Assembly: GCA_964575915.1 (NCBI GenBank) | Contig: CAZNTD010000001.1 | Location: 1 to 57,670, forward strand | Origin: an uncultured archaeon | GTDB lineage: Archaea; Nanohalarchaeota; Nanosalinia; Nanosalinales; Nanohalalkaliarchaeaceae | Length of the DNA stretch: 57,670 nucleotides | Reading direction: 5' to 3' | In this document: in pieces, positions 9,971 through 18,883 of the stretch | Layout: each line of letters starts with the position of its first letter | Position numbering within the stretch: position 1 is the first letter of the stretch | The notes under the pieces: model-generated | What the model was told of the DNA's origin: nothing | Databases searched by the model: none | The model's input: only the letters and a program-made list of their open reading frames with translations | Translations under genes and position numbers: made by a program

Positions 9971-10735
9971 TCATTCTCGCAGCCCGTAGCCGCGGCGGAA
10001 CAGCTCGATGTCGACCAGGATGACCGCGACCGTCGCGGCGGACAGCACCAGGAGCGCCATGTCCGGGTTGACATCGGTGTAGCCGAGCATCCCGTACCGC
10101 ACCCCGTTCACCATGTAGACCATCGGGTTGAGCAACGACACCTGCTGCCAGAGCGGGGGAAGGATGTCGAGCGAGTAGAACACCCCGCCGAAGAAGACCA
10201 GCGGCCGGATGATGAACTGGTTCATGACGGACAGGTAGTCGAAGTCGCGCGCCCACAGCCCGCCCGCGACCCCGAGCGACCCGAACAGCAGCGGAACGAC
10301 GACCATGAACGCGGCGAGGTAGACCGGGTGGGCGATGCCGACAGGGGTGAAGAACGCGCCGATGATGGCGATCATGATACCGATAAGGATGCCCCGGACC
10401 AGGCTTGCACCGATGTACGCCAGCACCATCTCGGTGTACGACAGTGGCGATGTCAGCGCCTCGTTGATGTACTCGTTCCACCGGCCGTGGAATATGGAGA
10501 ACGACGCGTTCTCGAACGCGTTCGAGATGGCACCGAGCACCACCAGGCCGGGCAGGATGAACAGGATGTACGAGAAGCCGGCGATCTCGTCGATACGCGT
10601 GCCGAGGATGACCCCGAACACGGAGAAGTAGAGCACGTTCGTGATGAGCGGCGGCAGGAACGTGTTCCGCGGCCGCCGCACGAACCGCTCGATCTCCCGG
10701 CGGAACAGCGCGACGAACCGTGTGGTCACCATCAC
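9971..10735 (-). CDS. ABC-2 type transporter permease
   Basis: 254 aa with six hydrophobic segments. 4-nt overlap with the upstream ATPase gene. Confidence 0.8.
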   Translation of the reverse strand: MMVTTRFVALFRREIERFVRRPRNTFLPPLITNVLYFSVFGVILGTRIDEIAGFSYILFILPGLVVLGAISNAFENASFSIFHGRWNEYINEALTSPLSYTEMVLAYIGASLVRGILIGIMIAIIGAFFTPVGIAHPVYLAAFMVVVPLLFGSLGVAGGLWARDFDYLSVMNQFIIRPLVFFGGVFYSLDILPPLWQQVSLLNPMVYMVNGVRYGMLGYTDVNPDMALLVLSAATVAVILVDIELFRRGYGLRE

Positions 10736-11652
10736 GCGTCACCCCCGGTCAGGTCGATGAAGACCTCCTCCAGCGACGCCCGCTCGATCTCCATGTCCAG
10801 GATCTCGTGGCCCTGCTCCTGCAGCGCGTTCAACAGTTTCGGGGCGTCCCGGCCGCCACGCCCCACCTTCACGACGAGCCAGCCGTCGTCCATCTCCACC
10901 GACTCCAGGTCGTCGAGACCGAACTCCGGCAGGGAGGCGGGCGGCTCGGCGAGCCGGACCGAGATGGTGTCCGTCCCCGTCTTCATGAGCTCCTCCGGCG
11001 ACGCGTCCGTGACCACGCTCCCCTCGTTCAGGATGGTCACGCGGTCGCACAGCCGCTCCGCCTCCTCGATGTAATGGGTGGTGAGGAGGATGGTCGTGCC
11101 CTGCGCGTTGAGCTCCTCGATGAGATCCCACAGGTCGTGGCGCAGCTGGACATCTACCCCCGCGGTCGGCTCGTCCAGGATGAGCAGGTCCGGCTCCGTC
11201 ACCATCGCCCGCGCCAGCAGGAACCGGCGCTTCATCCCGCCGGACAGCCAGTCGAACCGTGTATCCCGCTTGTCGTAGATACCGACCGTCTTCAGCACCT
11301 CGTCCGCCCGCTCCGCCGCCTCCGCCCGCGGGATGCCGTGGTAGCCGGCCTTGTGCATCAGCACCTCGCGGATTGGGAAGAACCGGTCCACGTTGAACTC
11401 CTGCGGGGACAGCCCGATGCTGTTCCGCACCGACTGGTAGTCCTCCTCCACGTCGTGGCCGAACACCCGGGCCTCGCCGCCCGACTTCTGCACCAGGCCG
11501 ACCAGGATGTTGATGAACGTCGTCTTCCCCGCGCCGTTCGGGCCGAGCAGGCCGAAGAACTCGCCCTCCTCGATGGAGACATCCACCCCGTCAAGGGCCT
11601 GGACGTCGCCGTACGCCTTCCGCAGGTCGTCCGTCTCGACCGCAAGAACCAT
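10732..11652 (-). CDS. ABC transporter ATP-binding protein
   Basis: Walker A GPNGAGKTT, signature LSGGMKRR, Walker B LLILDEPT. Trimmed from the 400-aa ORF to MVLAVETDDLRKAYG. Confidence 0.9.
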   Translation of the reverse strand: MVLAVETDDLRKAYGDVQALDGVDVSIEEGEFFGLLGPNGAGKTTFINILVGLVQKSGGEARVFGHDVEEDYQSVRNSIGLSPQEFNVDRFFPIREVLMHKAGYHGIPRAEAAERADEVLKTVGIYDKRDTRFDWLSGGMKRRFLLARAMVTEPDLLILDEPTAGVDVQLRHDLWDLIEELNAQGTTILLTTHYIEEAERLCDRVTILNEGSVVTDASPEELMKTGTDTISVRLAEPPASLPEFGLDDLESVEMDDGWLVVKVGRGGRDAPKLLNALQEQGHEILDMEIERASLEEVFIDLTGGDA

Positions 11653-11704
11653 GTTCCGGGGTGCGGGGCCAAGATTTTTATGCGGTACGCGCCACCCGGT
11701 ATCC

Positions 11705-12148
11705 ATGCGTCTCACCAGTCCGGCGTTCGACGACGGGGGACGGATTCCCCGGGAGCACGGATACACGGAGCGAAACGCGCGACCGCCGCTGGCCGTCAGC
11801 GACGTTCCGCCGGGAACCGCCACCCTTGCACTGGTCATGGACGACCCGGACGCGGTGGAGCCGGCCGGTAAGGTCTGGGACCACTGGGTGGTCTGGAACA
11901 TCCCCGCCGACACCCGCCGCATCACGGCCGACATGGACGTGCCTGGTGTGGAGGGGACGAACGACTACGGTGAGGTGGGGTACGGCGGACCGAACCCGCC
12001 GGACCGGGAGCACACGTACGTCTTCACCCTGTACGCGCTCGACACCACGCTCGACCTGGAGCCGGGTGCGACGACGGACGACCTCGAGCAGGCGATGCAG
12101 GGCCACATCCTTGCATCCACGGAGCTCCACGGGACCTACGCGCCGTGA
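11705..12148 (+). CDS. YbhB/YbcL (PEBP/RKIP) family protein
   Basis: DPDAVEPAGKVWDHWVVWNIP...YGGPNPPDREHTYVFTLYALD is the bacterial/archaeal PEBP signature. Trimmed to the ATG at 11705. Confidence 0.8.
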   Translation: MRLTSPAFDDGGRIPREHGYTERNARPPLAVSDVPPGTATLALVMDDPDAVEPAGKVWDHWVVWNIPADTRRITADMDVPGVEGTNDYGEVGYGGPNPPDREHTYVFTLYALDTTLDLEPGATTDDLEQAMQGHILASTELHGTYAP

Positions 12149-12205
12149 CGGATCGGGAGAAGAACAGGGAGAGAACGGGGCCAGGAGATATCCTCCCGGA
12201 CCCGT

Positions 12206-12595
12206 CTACTCGTCATCGACCGGGACCGCGTTGACCGTGCCGTCCTGGCCGGGACGGGAGGTGACCCGGGCACGGCCCTGGTCCGTCTCGACGACGGAGC
12301 CCTTCGTCAGGATGTCCCGGCGCACGAAGTCAGGGTTGGCCGGGTTCTCGACCACGTTCTCGACCGTGGCCTCGACGGCCTCGCCGTCGACCGACAGGTT
12401 GACGGTCGGTGTCCGCTTCACGACCTGCTTCTCCCGGTTGCCCCGGGCGTCCTTCGTCCGCACGTCCGCATCACCCGGAGTCGTGGCGGAGAACTCGCCG
12501 CCCTGCTCCGACTTCCTCGGTTTCCGGCTGTCGCGATAGCGGCCCCCGGTCGTCTTGCGTCGTGATCGTGTCTGTCGCTTCGACATGATATCCAC
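12206..12595 (-). CDS. rps8e: 30S ribosomal protein S8e
   Basis: Basic N-terminus SKRQTRSRRKTTGGR and C-terminal ARVTSRPGQDGTVNAV. The start could be the second ATG at 12586. Confidence 0.85.
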   Translation of the reverse strand: MDIMSKRQTRSRRKTTGGRYRDSRKPRKSEQGGEFSATTPGDADVRTKDARGNREKQVVKRTPTVNLSVDGEAVEATVENVVENPANPDFVRRDILTKGSVVETDQGRARVTSRPGQDGTVNAVPVDDE

Positions 12596-12669
12596 CGTTC
12601 AGGCTATGTCGGACCGTTCGGGCAGCATATTTATAAACATAATACCGGGAACACAGTGTACGTGGTATA

Positions 12670-12909
12670 ATGGGAGAAAACGGACCGCTACACAAGCTCG
12701 ATGCAGCAAAAGGCGACCAGGTTCTCGTTCGGCTGAAGCCGAGCGGCGGACGCGGCAACGTGGAGACGGTTTCGGGGACGCTCCGGGCGTTCGACCGCCA
12801 TCTCAACATGTGGATCGAGGACGCTACACTGAAAACCGACGACGCGGAGACGCATTACGGGAAGCTGTTCGTCCGCGGCGACAACGTCATCGTCATCACA
12901 CCCGAATAG
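12670..12909 (+). CDS. LSm / Sm-like archaeal protein
   Basis: Sm1/Sm2 motif pattern (VLVRLK...GTLRAFDRHLNMWIEDA...FVRGDNVIVI). It lies immediately upstream of L37e, the conserved archaeal arrangement. Confidence 0.85.
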   Translation: MGENGPLHKLDAAKGDQVLVRLKPSGGRGNVETVSGTLRAFDRHLNMWIEDATLKTDDAETHYGKLFVRGDNVIVITPE

Positions 12910-12922
12910 AAGGTGAACTGAT

Positions 12923-13093
12923 ATGGTAGAAGGCAAGCTGCGGAAGGGGAAGCGGAACAAGAAGACGCACGGGAAGTGCCGGCGCTGCGGGGAGAAGGCG
13001 TTCCACCTGAAGAAGAAGGAATGTGCCTCCTGCGGGTTCGGCACGTCCAAGAAGCGACGGGACTTCAACTGGAAGAAGGACCGCAAGTCCTGA
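12923..13093 (+). CDS. rpl37e: 50S ribosomal protein L37e (not in ORF track, 56 aa)
   Basis: Hand translation gives [56 protein letters not shown]. It has the CxxC...CxxC zinc ribbon of L37e. Confidence 0.9.
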   Translation: MVEGKLRKGKRNKKTHGKCRRCGEKAFHLKKKECASCGFGTSKKRRDFNWKKDRKS

Positions 13094-13139
13094 CCCGCAG
13101 ACGACACATATTTTAGGCACGCGCCCACGGATTCTTTAC

Positions 13140-13538
13140 ATGCGGCTCGCACGGGCACGGGACACCGCCGAACTCGTGGCGGGGACGGTCATCCTCTCCG
13201 CCGGGCTCGGTCTCTCCGCGCTTTCGGCATCGGAACGGTCGTTCATCGGGGTATTCCTCGGGTTCATCCTGTTCATCCTCGGCTACAAACTCTCGCAGAT
13301 CAGCGTCCGGAGCGGCCACCGACCACCGTTCCGGGAGACGGTCCGTGACATCCTCGCCCAGGCCTGGGCGGTCGACGTCCTCATGGTCATCGTCGGCTCG
13401 GGCACCATCACCTACGGGTTCGTGATGCTGTTCGGCAGCATCGAGACCGCGAACATCTTCCGGGCCACGCTCGCCGCACTCCTCATGTTCCTGGGCTACG
13501 CCATGGCGCACTACGCCGTGAACAAGACGGTGGTCTGA
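13140..13538 (+). CDS. membrane protein, paralogue of next gene
   Basis: Trimmed to the ATG at 13140. Four TM helices with a repeated LGYxxxxY-type helix end (LGYKLSQ, LGYAMAHY). Confidence 0.6.
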   Translation: MRLARARDTAELVAGTVILSAGLGLSALSASERSFIGVFLGFILFILGYKLSQISVRSGHRPPFRETVRDILAQAWAVDVLMVIVGSGTITYGFVMLFGSIETANIFRATLAALLMFLGYAMAHYAVNKTVV

Positions 13539-14009
13539 GTGTCGCTCCTCGACCGGCTGGACGACCGGCTGGAATCGTGGCTTGACCGGCTCGACCGGTT
13601 CCTCGACGATCCGGACCGCGTGCTGGAGTACACCCGCCGCGGGATCGGGGTCGCCATCGGGCTCAGCATCGCCTCCGCCGCGGTCAGTTTCGGGATATAC
13701 TACGTCCTCCGCGGCGAGACGCTGCGGGTCTACCTCGCCGCGTTCCTGTTCTGGATCGGCTACCTGTTCGCCCATTACGAGGCGACCGGCCTGCTCCTCC
13801 ACCAGGGCGGCGGGGACGGCGACCTGTTCCCGATGGACTCGATGGAGAAGCTGCTCAGCACCGCCGGTATCATCCTCATCCTCGTCGGCGGCACCGGACT
13901 CCCGCTCAGCGTCGCCCGGAACGACATCCTCGCCACCAACGTCGCCGTGTTCATCGCCGGCATCGGCTACCTCATCGCCCACTACGGCCTCACGGAGACC
14001 TGGCTGTGA
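13539..14009 (+). CDS. membrane protein, paralogue of previous gene
   Basis: GTG start directly after the previous TGA. Repeats IGYLFAHY and IGYLIAHY. Confidence 0.6.
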   Translation: MSLLDRLDDRLESWLDRLDRFLDDPDRVLEYTRRGIGVAIGLSIASAAVSFGIYYVLRGETLRVYLAAFLFWIGYLFAHYEATGLLLHQGGGDGDLFPMDSMEKLLSTAGIILILVGGTGLPLSVARNDILATNVAVFIAGIGYLIAHYGLTETWL

Positions 14010-14071
14010 CCTGCACGGCGCCTCCCGGAAGGATATTTAAACATATGGACGGCATCTCCAACAGGCCGAGC

Positions 14072-14145
14072 GGGCCCGTAGCTCAGCCTGGCAGAGCGCA
14101 AGGCTCTTAACCTTGTCGTCGTGGGTTCAAATCCCATCGGGCCCA
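14072..14145 (+). tRNA. tRNA-Lys (anticodon CUU)
   Basis: Cloverleaf folded by hand: acceptor GGGCCCG/CGGGCCC, anticodon arm CAAGG-CTCTTAA-CCTTG, T arm GTGGG-TTCAAAT-CCCAT, discriminator A. No encoded CCA. TATA atatttaaac lies about 35 nt upstream. Confidence 0.9.
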
Positions 14146-14228
14146 TCTCCTGGATTCTTCCACCGACCATCCGCGTCCCGCTCCATCCGGCCACAGATTA
14201 TATTAAACTGCAGCCCGACATCGGTGGC

Positions 14229-15350
14229 ATGCGCGAAACAAAGGGGTTCTTCTACCTCTTCGTGCTGCTCGTCGGCATCGCCCTCGGCATCCTGTTCATG
14301 CAGCCAGCGACCGTCGGGCAGGACGGCCTCCGGCTCCAGGACTCCATCGGGGCCGGACCCTCGACAACCATCACCGTGGAGGGAAACGCGTCCTCCCCGC
14401 TCCCGGCCATCTTCGACGCGGTGAAGGACTCCGTCGTCTCCATCAGGACGGACGGGCCTGACGGCGGGGCGCAGGGCTCCGGGTTCGTCTACGACGCCCG
14501 CGGCTACCTCATCACGAACGAGCACGTGGTCGAGGGAGCGACCGCGGTGACAGCATCCTTCCCGAACGGGGAGCGGTACGAGGCCGACATCGTCGGCACC
14601 GATCCGTACACCGACCTCGCGGTGCTGAAGATAGATCCGCGGCACGACCTCCGGCGGCTGCCGCTCGGGAACGCCTCGTCCGTCCGGGTCGGGGAGCCGG
14701 CCGCGGCCATCGGCAACCCGTTCGGGCTGAGCGGCACGATGACCTCGGGCATCGTCTCGCAGCGCGACCGCCTGCTCCGGGTGGAGGACCGGTTCTCGGT
14801 TCCCGGCGTCCTCCAGACCGACGCCGCCATCAACCCGGGGAACTCCGGCGGCCCGCTGCTCAACCGGAACGGTGAGGTCATCGGGGTGAACACCGCCATC
14901 TCGTCGAACAGCCGCACCTTCTCCGGCGTCGGCTTCGCGGTGTCGGTGGCGACGGTGAAGCGGGTGGTCCCGGTGCTCATCCGGGACGGCCGGTACAGTC
15001 ACCCGTGGATCGGGGTGTCCGGCGTGGACGTGACCCCGGACATCCGGGACGAGATGGGGCTCAACTCGACGCGTGGCTTCCTGGTGACCTCGGTCGTCGA
15101 CGGGTCGCCGGCCGACAGCGCCGGGCTCCAGGGCGGTGACCGGAACGTCACCGTGAGCGGCCAGCGACTGGAGGTCGGCGGGGACGTCATCATCAAGATC
15201 GACGACACCCCGGTCCGGCAGCTCGACGATGTCCTCAACCACCTTGCGACACAAACGAGCGTGGGCGACCGGGTGACGCTCACGGTCATACGGGACGGGA
15301 CCCGGCTGGAGGTCGAGCTCGTCCTGGACGAACGGCCGGACCCCGGGTGA
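14229..15350 (+). CDS. HtrA/DegP-like trypsin-fold serine protease with PDZ domain
   Basis: N-terminal TM helix, TNEHVV (His), TDLAVLK (Asp), GNSGGPL (Ser), C-terminal PDZ-like region. Trimmed to the ATG at 14229 because the ORF track start lies inside tRNA-Lys. Confidence 0.85.
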   Translation: MRETKGFFYLFVLLVGIALGILFMQPATVGQDGLRLQDSIGAGPSTTITVEGNASSPLPAIFDAVKDSVVSIRTDGPDGGAQGSGFVYDARGYLITNEHVVEGATAVTASFPNGERYEADIVGTDPYTDLAVLKIDPRHDLRRLPLGNASSVRVGEPAAAIGNPFGLSGTMTSGIVSQRDRLLRVEDRFSVPGVLQTDAAINPGNSGGPLLNRNGEVIGVNTAISSNSRTFSGVGFAVSVATVKRVVPVLIRDGRYSHPWIGVSGVDVTPDIRDEMGLNSTRGFLVTSVVDGSPADSAGLQGGDRNVTVSGQRLEVGGDVIIKIDDTPVRQLDDVLNHLATQTSVGDRVTLTVIRDGTRLEVELVLDERPDPG

Positions 15351-15354
15351 GCGG

Positions 15355-15786
15355 ATGCCCGAGGAACACCGGGTCTGCATCGTCCTGTACAAGATGGTCG
15401 ACGGCCATCCCCGGTACGCCGTGCTGCGGCGCACACTGAACTGGGAGGGCTGGGAACTGCCGAAGGGTCACGTCGAGGGGACGCCGGAGGAGTCGGTCCG
15501 CATGGAACTCGCGGAGGAGACCGGCATCGAGGAGGTCACCGCCATCAAGCGGCTTGATTTCGACGCGGGCTGGACCTACACGGAGGACGGGGAGACCGTC
15601 GCGGTCACGTGCGACTCGTTCCTCGTCGAGGTGCCGGAGGACACGTACATCGACGTCTCCGCCAACCCGCACGAGGAGCATGCGAAGGGCCATTTCCTCA
15701 ACTACCGGGATGCGCGGGACATCCTGACGCACGACAACCAGCGCGACCTCCTGTCCCACGCCCACGACCTCCTGACCGGCCATTGA
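15355..15786 (+). CDS. NUDIX hydrolase
   Basis: Nudix box GHVEGTPEESVRMELAEETGI. Confidence 0.8.
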   Translation: MPEEHRVCIVLYKMVDGHPRYAVLRRTLNWEGWELPKGHVEGTPEESVRMELAEETGIEEVTAIKRLDFDAGWTYTEDGETVAVTCDSFLVEVPEDTYIDVSANPHEEHAKGHFLNYRDARDILTHDNQRDLLSHAHDLLTGH

Positions 15787-15970
15787 CTGTTTCCATCGGC
15801 ACTGTGGCTGATACTATTTGAGCGGATGATGCGTCCTGTTGTTTTATCCCCGTTTAATAATTCCCGGCCGGGATGGCGCGGTATGCCCGGAACGATGCTG
15901 TGCCGCCGGGAGACGCACGTTACAAAGTTTTTAAACGAGTCGAGTGAAGGTGGAACCGGGGGTGCACCGC

Positions 15971-16576
15971 ATGGACATCGATGACGTCGACTTCTCCATC
16001 CTGAACGTCATCGCGAGCCACGGCGCACCGATGTGGAAGAAGAAGATCCACCGCAACCTGCCGGAGGGCGGCCTGCCGAACGTGCAGGACATCTCCGTCC
16101 AGACGGTTGGTCGACGGGTGGACGATCTCCACGACCGGGGCTACCTCGAATCCTGCATCATCTCGCCGCGGGAGATCAACCGCGACCTCATCATCGCGTT
16201 CAAGGTGACCGGGGACGGACACGAGGTCCGCACCGCGAAGCGCAGCCGGCTGCTCCGCGACCACGCGTCCCGCCTGGTGAGCGGGGGGACGGACGGCGGC
16301 GGAGATGTGGCGACCATCGCCCGGCTGATGGAGGACGAACTGGACCTCGACCCGGAGACCACGGAACGGCTGCACGGCTGCGACCCGGACCACCTGCTGA
16401 CGCTCCTCCTCCTGCACTACACGCGCGACGCCGTCGAGCAGCGGATCGACACCGACCAGGTCGACCAGCTCGCCGACCTGGCCGCGACGGACGACCGGCT
16501 GGCCAGCATCCTGCGGGACGGCGGCATCCCCCGGGAGCACCGGGACAGCATCGATGACGACGTTTCCGGCGCGTGA
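15971..16576 (+). CDS. winged-helix DNA-binding protein (putative transcription regulator)
   Basis: N-terminal DVDFSILNVIASHG...TVGRRVDDLHDRGYL is wHTH-like. The start is set at the first ATG downstream of TATA gtttttaaac; the track start at 15944 is a GTG. Confidence 0.5.
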   Translation: MDIDDVDFSILNVIASHGAPMWKKKIHRNLPEGGLPNVQDISVQTVGRRVDDLHDRGYLESCIISPREINRDLIIAFKVTGDGHEVRTAKRSRLLRDHASRLVSGGTDGGGDVATIARLMEDELDLDPETTERLHGCDPDHLLTLLLLHYTRDAVEQRIDTDQVDQLADLAATDDRLASILRDGGIPREHRDSIDDDVSGA

Positions 16577-16611
16577 AAAGCTATTTATTGGCGCGGCGGG
16601 AACCTCCGGCC

Positions 16612-17061
16612 ATGGCGCTCGGCTACCGGTTGATGGATCACCTGCAGATCAACCTGACCGACGAGTCGAAGGCGTACGGCTACACCCTGTCCATCTGGGG
16701 GTCCGGCGCCTCGCTCATCAACGCGTTCGGCTTCCCTGCCGCGACCGAGGTCATGCTCTACATCCTCGGCGCGGTCGTCGGGTTCGGACTCCTCGCCGTG
16801 GCGGTGTACGGGGCGATGTTCGGTTCCGTGAGCAACCTGAAGGATGAGGAGATGGTCGTCGCCTCGATGATCCATCTCGTCGCCGCGCTCGGCACCGTCG
16901 GCATGTCGCTCGTCATCGTCGACCAGCTCCCGGCGCAGCCCGCGTTCTTCCTCACCGGGGTGAACGCGTCCGTCACCTACAACCTGCTCCTCCTCGCGGA
17001 GACGGTGCTGTTCGGGGAACTGGCGGCGCGGCCGTGGAACCGGGCCACCCGGCACGTATAA
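16612..17061 (+). CDS. membrane protein, function unknown
   Basis: Four hydrophobic helices. Trimmed to the ATG at 16612, downstream of TATA ctatttattgg. Confidence 0.5.
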   Translation: MALGYRLMDHLQINLTDESKAYGYTLSIWGSGASLINAFGFPAATEVMLYILGAVVGFGLLAVAVYGAMFGSVSNLKDEEMVVASMIHLVAALGTVGMSLVIVDQLPAQPAFFLTGVNASVTYNLLLLAETVLFGELAARPWNRATRHV

Positions 17062-17089
17062 AATGTTTCCGGCGCGATTCACGCGTGCT

Positions 17090-17164
17090 GGACCCGTGGC
17101 TTAGCCAGGTTAAAGCACCACGCTGATAACGTGGAGATCCGCGGTTCAAATCCGCGCGGGTCCA
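17090..17164 (+). tRNA. tRNA-Ile (anticodon GAU)
   Basis: Acceptor GGACCCG/CGGGTCC, anticodon arm CCACG-CTGATAA-CGTGG, T arm CGCGG-TTCAAAT-CCGCG, discriminator A. TATA gtataaaatg lies about 30 nt upstream. Confidence 0.9.
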
Positions 17165-17222
17165 CTTCCGCCGCATATTCTCTCGGCGGATTCGTCTCCT
17201 CGCATCTCTGCCGAGAAGCTCG

Positions 17223-17246
17223 GGTTCAAATCCGCGCGGGTCCACT
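17223..17246 (+). repeat. direct duplicate of the tRNA-Ile 3' end (T loop, 3' T stem, 3' acceptor strand)
   Basis: GGTTCAAATCCGCGCGGGTCCACT occurs at 17143-17166 (inside the tRNA) and again at 17223-17246; identical 24 nt. Confidence 0.9.
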
Positions 17247-17320
17247 CTCCAGGTATCATCTCCACGTCCGGGGCGCATCTTGGCAGCATCCTTTTCAGCC
17301 TCACCCCGCAACACCGCTCC

Positions 17321-18367
17321 ATGCGCGCAGCACGCTTCAACGGCGAGGGCGACATATCCATCGACGAGGTCGAAAAACCGGAACTCCAGGCGGCGGACGA
17401 CGCCGTCATCCGGGTGACCCACACCTGCATCTGCGGCTCCGACCTGTGGCCGTACCGCGGGTTGAGCGACCAGGAGCCCGGCACCCCCATCGGCCACGAA
17501 CCGATGGGCATCGTCGAGGAAGCCGGGGACGACGTCGTCTCGGTCGAGGAGGGTGACCGGGTCATCCTGCCGTTCTCCCTCGGCTGCGGCGAGTGCGAGT
17601 TCTGCCGCAAGGGCCTCTACACGTCCTGCGTGGAGATGCAGTTCTGGGGCGGGGACCGGGGCGGGGCACAGGGCCAGTACGTCCGGTGCCCGCACGTGGA
17701 CGCGAACGCGGTCCGCGTCCCCGACCGGTACGCGGACGACGAGGAGATGCTGGAACGGCTGCTTCCCCTGACCGACGTGCTGTGCACCGGCCACCACGCC
17801 GCCGTCAGCGCGGATGTCGGCGAGGGCGACACGGTCATCGTCATCGGTGACGGCGCCGTCGGGCTCTGCGGCGTCCTCGCTGCCCGGCGCCTCGGGGCGG
17901 AGCGCATCATCGCCATGGGCCAGCACGACGACCGGCTCGCCGTCGCGGAACGGTTCGGGGCGGACGAGATCATCAGTTCCGACCCGGAGGAGGCGGTCGC
18001 GGAGGCGCTGGAACTGACCGACGGTGGCGCCGACCACGTCATGGAGTGCGTCGGTCTCGCGGAGACGCTGAACGAGGCCGCCCAGGTATGCCGGCCGGGC
18101 GGGACGGTCGGCTACGTCGGGGTGCCGCACCTCGAGGACGACCTCGACCTCGAGACGTACTTCCGGAAGAACCTGACCCTGCAGGGCGGGGTGGCACCGG
18201 TCCGGGCATACATCGAGGAGCTGATGAACGACGTGCTGGACGGCACGCTCGACCCGTCCCCCATCTTCACCATGGAGACCGACCTTGACGGCGTCCCGGA
18301 CGGCTACGAGGCCATGCACCGGCGGGAGGAGATCAAGGTGCTGGTGCGGCCGTGGGCAGACGGGTAG
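17321..18367 (+). CDS. zinc-dependent alcohol dehydrogenase family (MDR) oxidoreductase
   Basis: GHEPMGIVEEAG, structural Zn cysteines CGECEFCRKGLYTSC, and Rossmann motif VIGDGAVG. Confidence 0.85.
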   Translation: MRAARFNGEGDISIDEVEKPELQAADDAVIRVTHTCICGSDLWPYRGLSDQEPGTPIGHEPMGIVEEAGDDVVSVEEGDRVILPFSLGCGECEFCRKGLYTSCVEMQFWGGDRGGAQGQYVRCPHVDANAVRVPDRYADDEEMLERLLPLTDVLCTGHHAAVSADVGEGDTVIVIGDGAVGLCGVLAARRLGAERIIAMGQHDDRLAVAERFGADEIISSDPEEAVAEALELTDGGADHVMECVGLAETLNEAAQVCRPGGTVGYVGVPHLEDDLDLETYFRKNLTLQGGVAPVRAYIEELMNDVLDGTLDPSPIFTMETDLDGVPDGYEAMHRREEIKVLVRPWADG

Positions 18368-18463
18368 GCCGCCCCACACCCGCTCCTGTCCCCATGACAC
18401 CGCTGCGCCGTGCATCCCGGGATGCGCGCGGGGTTTATAAGTTTCGGCGTGGCGTCGTCATGC

Positions 18464-18883
18464 ATGAGTGCAGACATCGCCCGTGCCGTCGTGATGGACG
18501 ACGACGGGAAGATCCTGGTGCTGCAGAACGCAGCCGACGACCCGAAGGACTACGCCCGCGAGAAGTGGGAGATTCCCGGCGGGTTCGTCGAACACCACGA
18601 CAAGGACGAGAAGGAAGCTGTCAAACGGGAGGTACGTGAGGAGACCGGGCTGGAGGTCGAGGTCGAGCGCCCCATCGAGCGGGTCATCGTCAAGCGGCCG
18701 GACGGCCCGGACGCGGACTGCCAGTACTACCTGTGCCACCCCGAGTCCGGTGAGGTCGAGCTGTCCCGGGAGCACATGGGCTACGACTGGATCGCGCCGG
18801 AGGACTACTGCGAGGTCGACTGGTACTTCTACGCGGCGTACACCATGCCCGTCCTCGCGCGGCTCGTCGAACAGGGATACTAG
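18464..18883 (+). CDS. NUDIX hydrolase
   Basis: Nudix box GGFVEHHDKDEKEAVKREVREETGL. The start is set at the ATG about 30 nt downstream of TATA gtttataagttt. Confidence 0.8.
   Translation: MSADIARAVVMDDDGKILVLQNAADDPKDYAREKWEIPGGFVEHHDKDEKEAVKREVREETGLEVEVERPIERVIVKRPDGPDADCQYYLCHPESGEVELSREHMGYDWIAPEDYCEVDWYFYAAYTMPVLARLVEQGY

Noticed and set aside
14121-14228. ORF starts reading MGSNP... at 14121 and 28108
   Set aside because: MGSNP is simply the translation of the tRNA T arm (GGGTTCAAATCCC). These starts lie inside tRNA-Lys and tRNA-Thr.
15787-15943. Possible box C/D sRNA in the AT-richer spacer (GGATGATGC at about 15826)
   Set aside because: The candidate C box ends in C rather than A. 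No CTGA (D box) follows at a suitable distance, and there is no terminal stem. The spacer is better explained as promoter and 5' region of the wHTH gene.
17165-17222. Bulge-helix-bulge motif in the tRNA-Ile spacer, analogous to the one after tRNA-Val
   Set aside because: The helices GCGGATT/AATCCGC and CCGAG/CTCGG are separated by a large asymmetric internal loop. There is no 4-bp helix flanked by small bulges.
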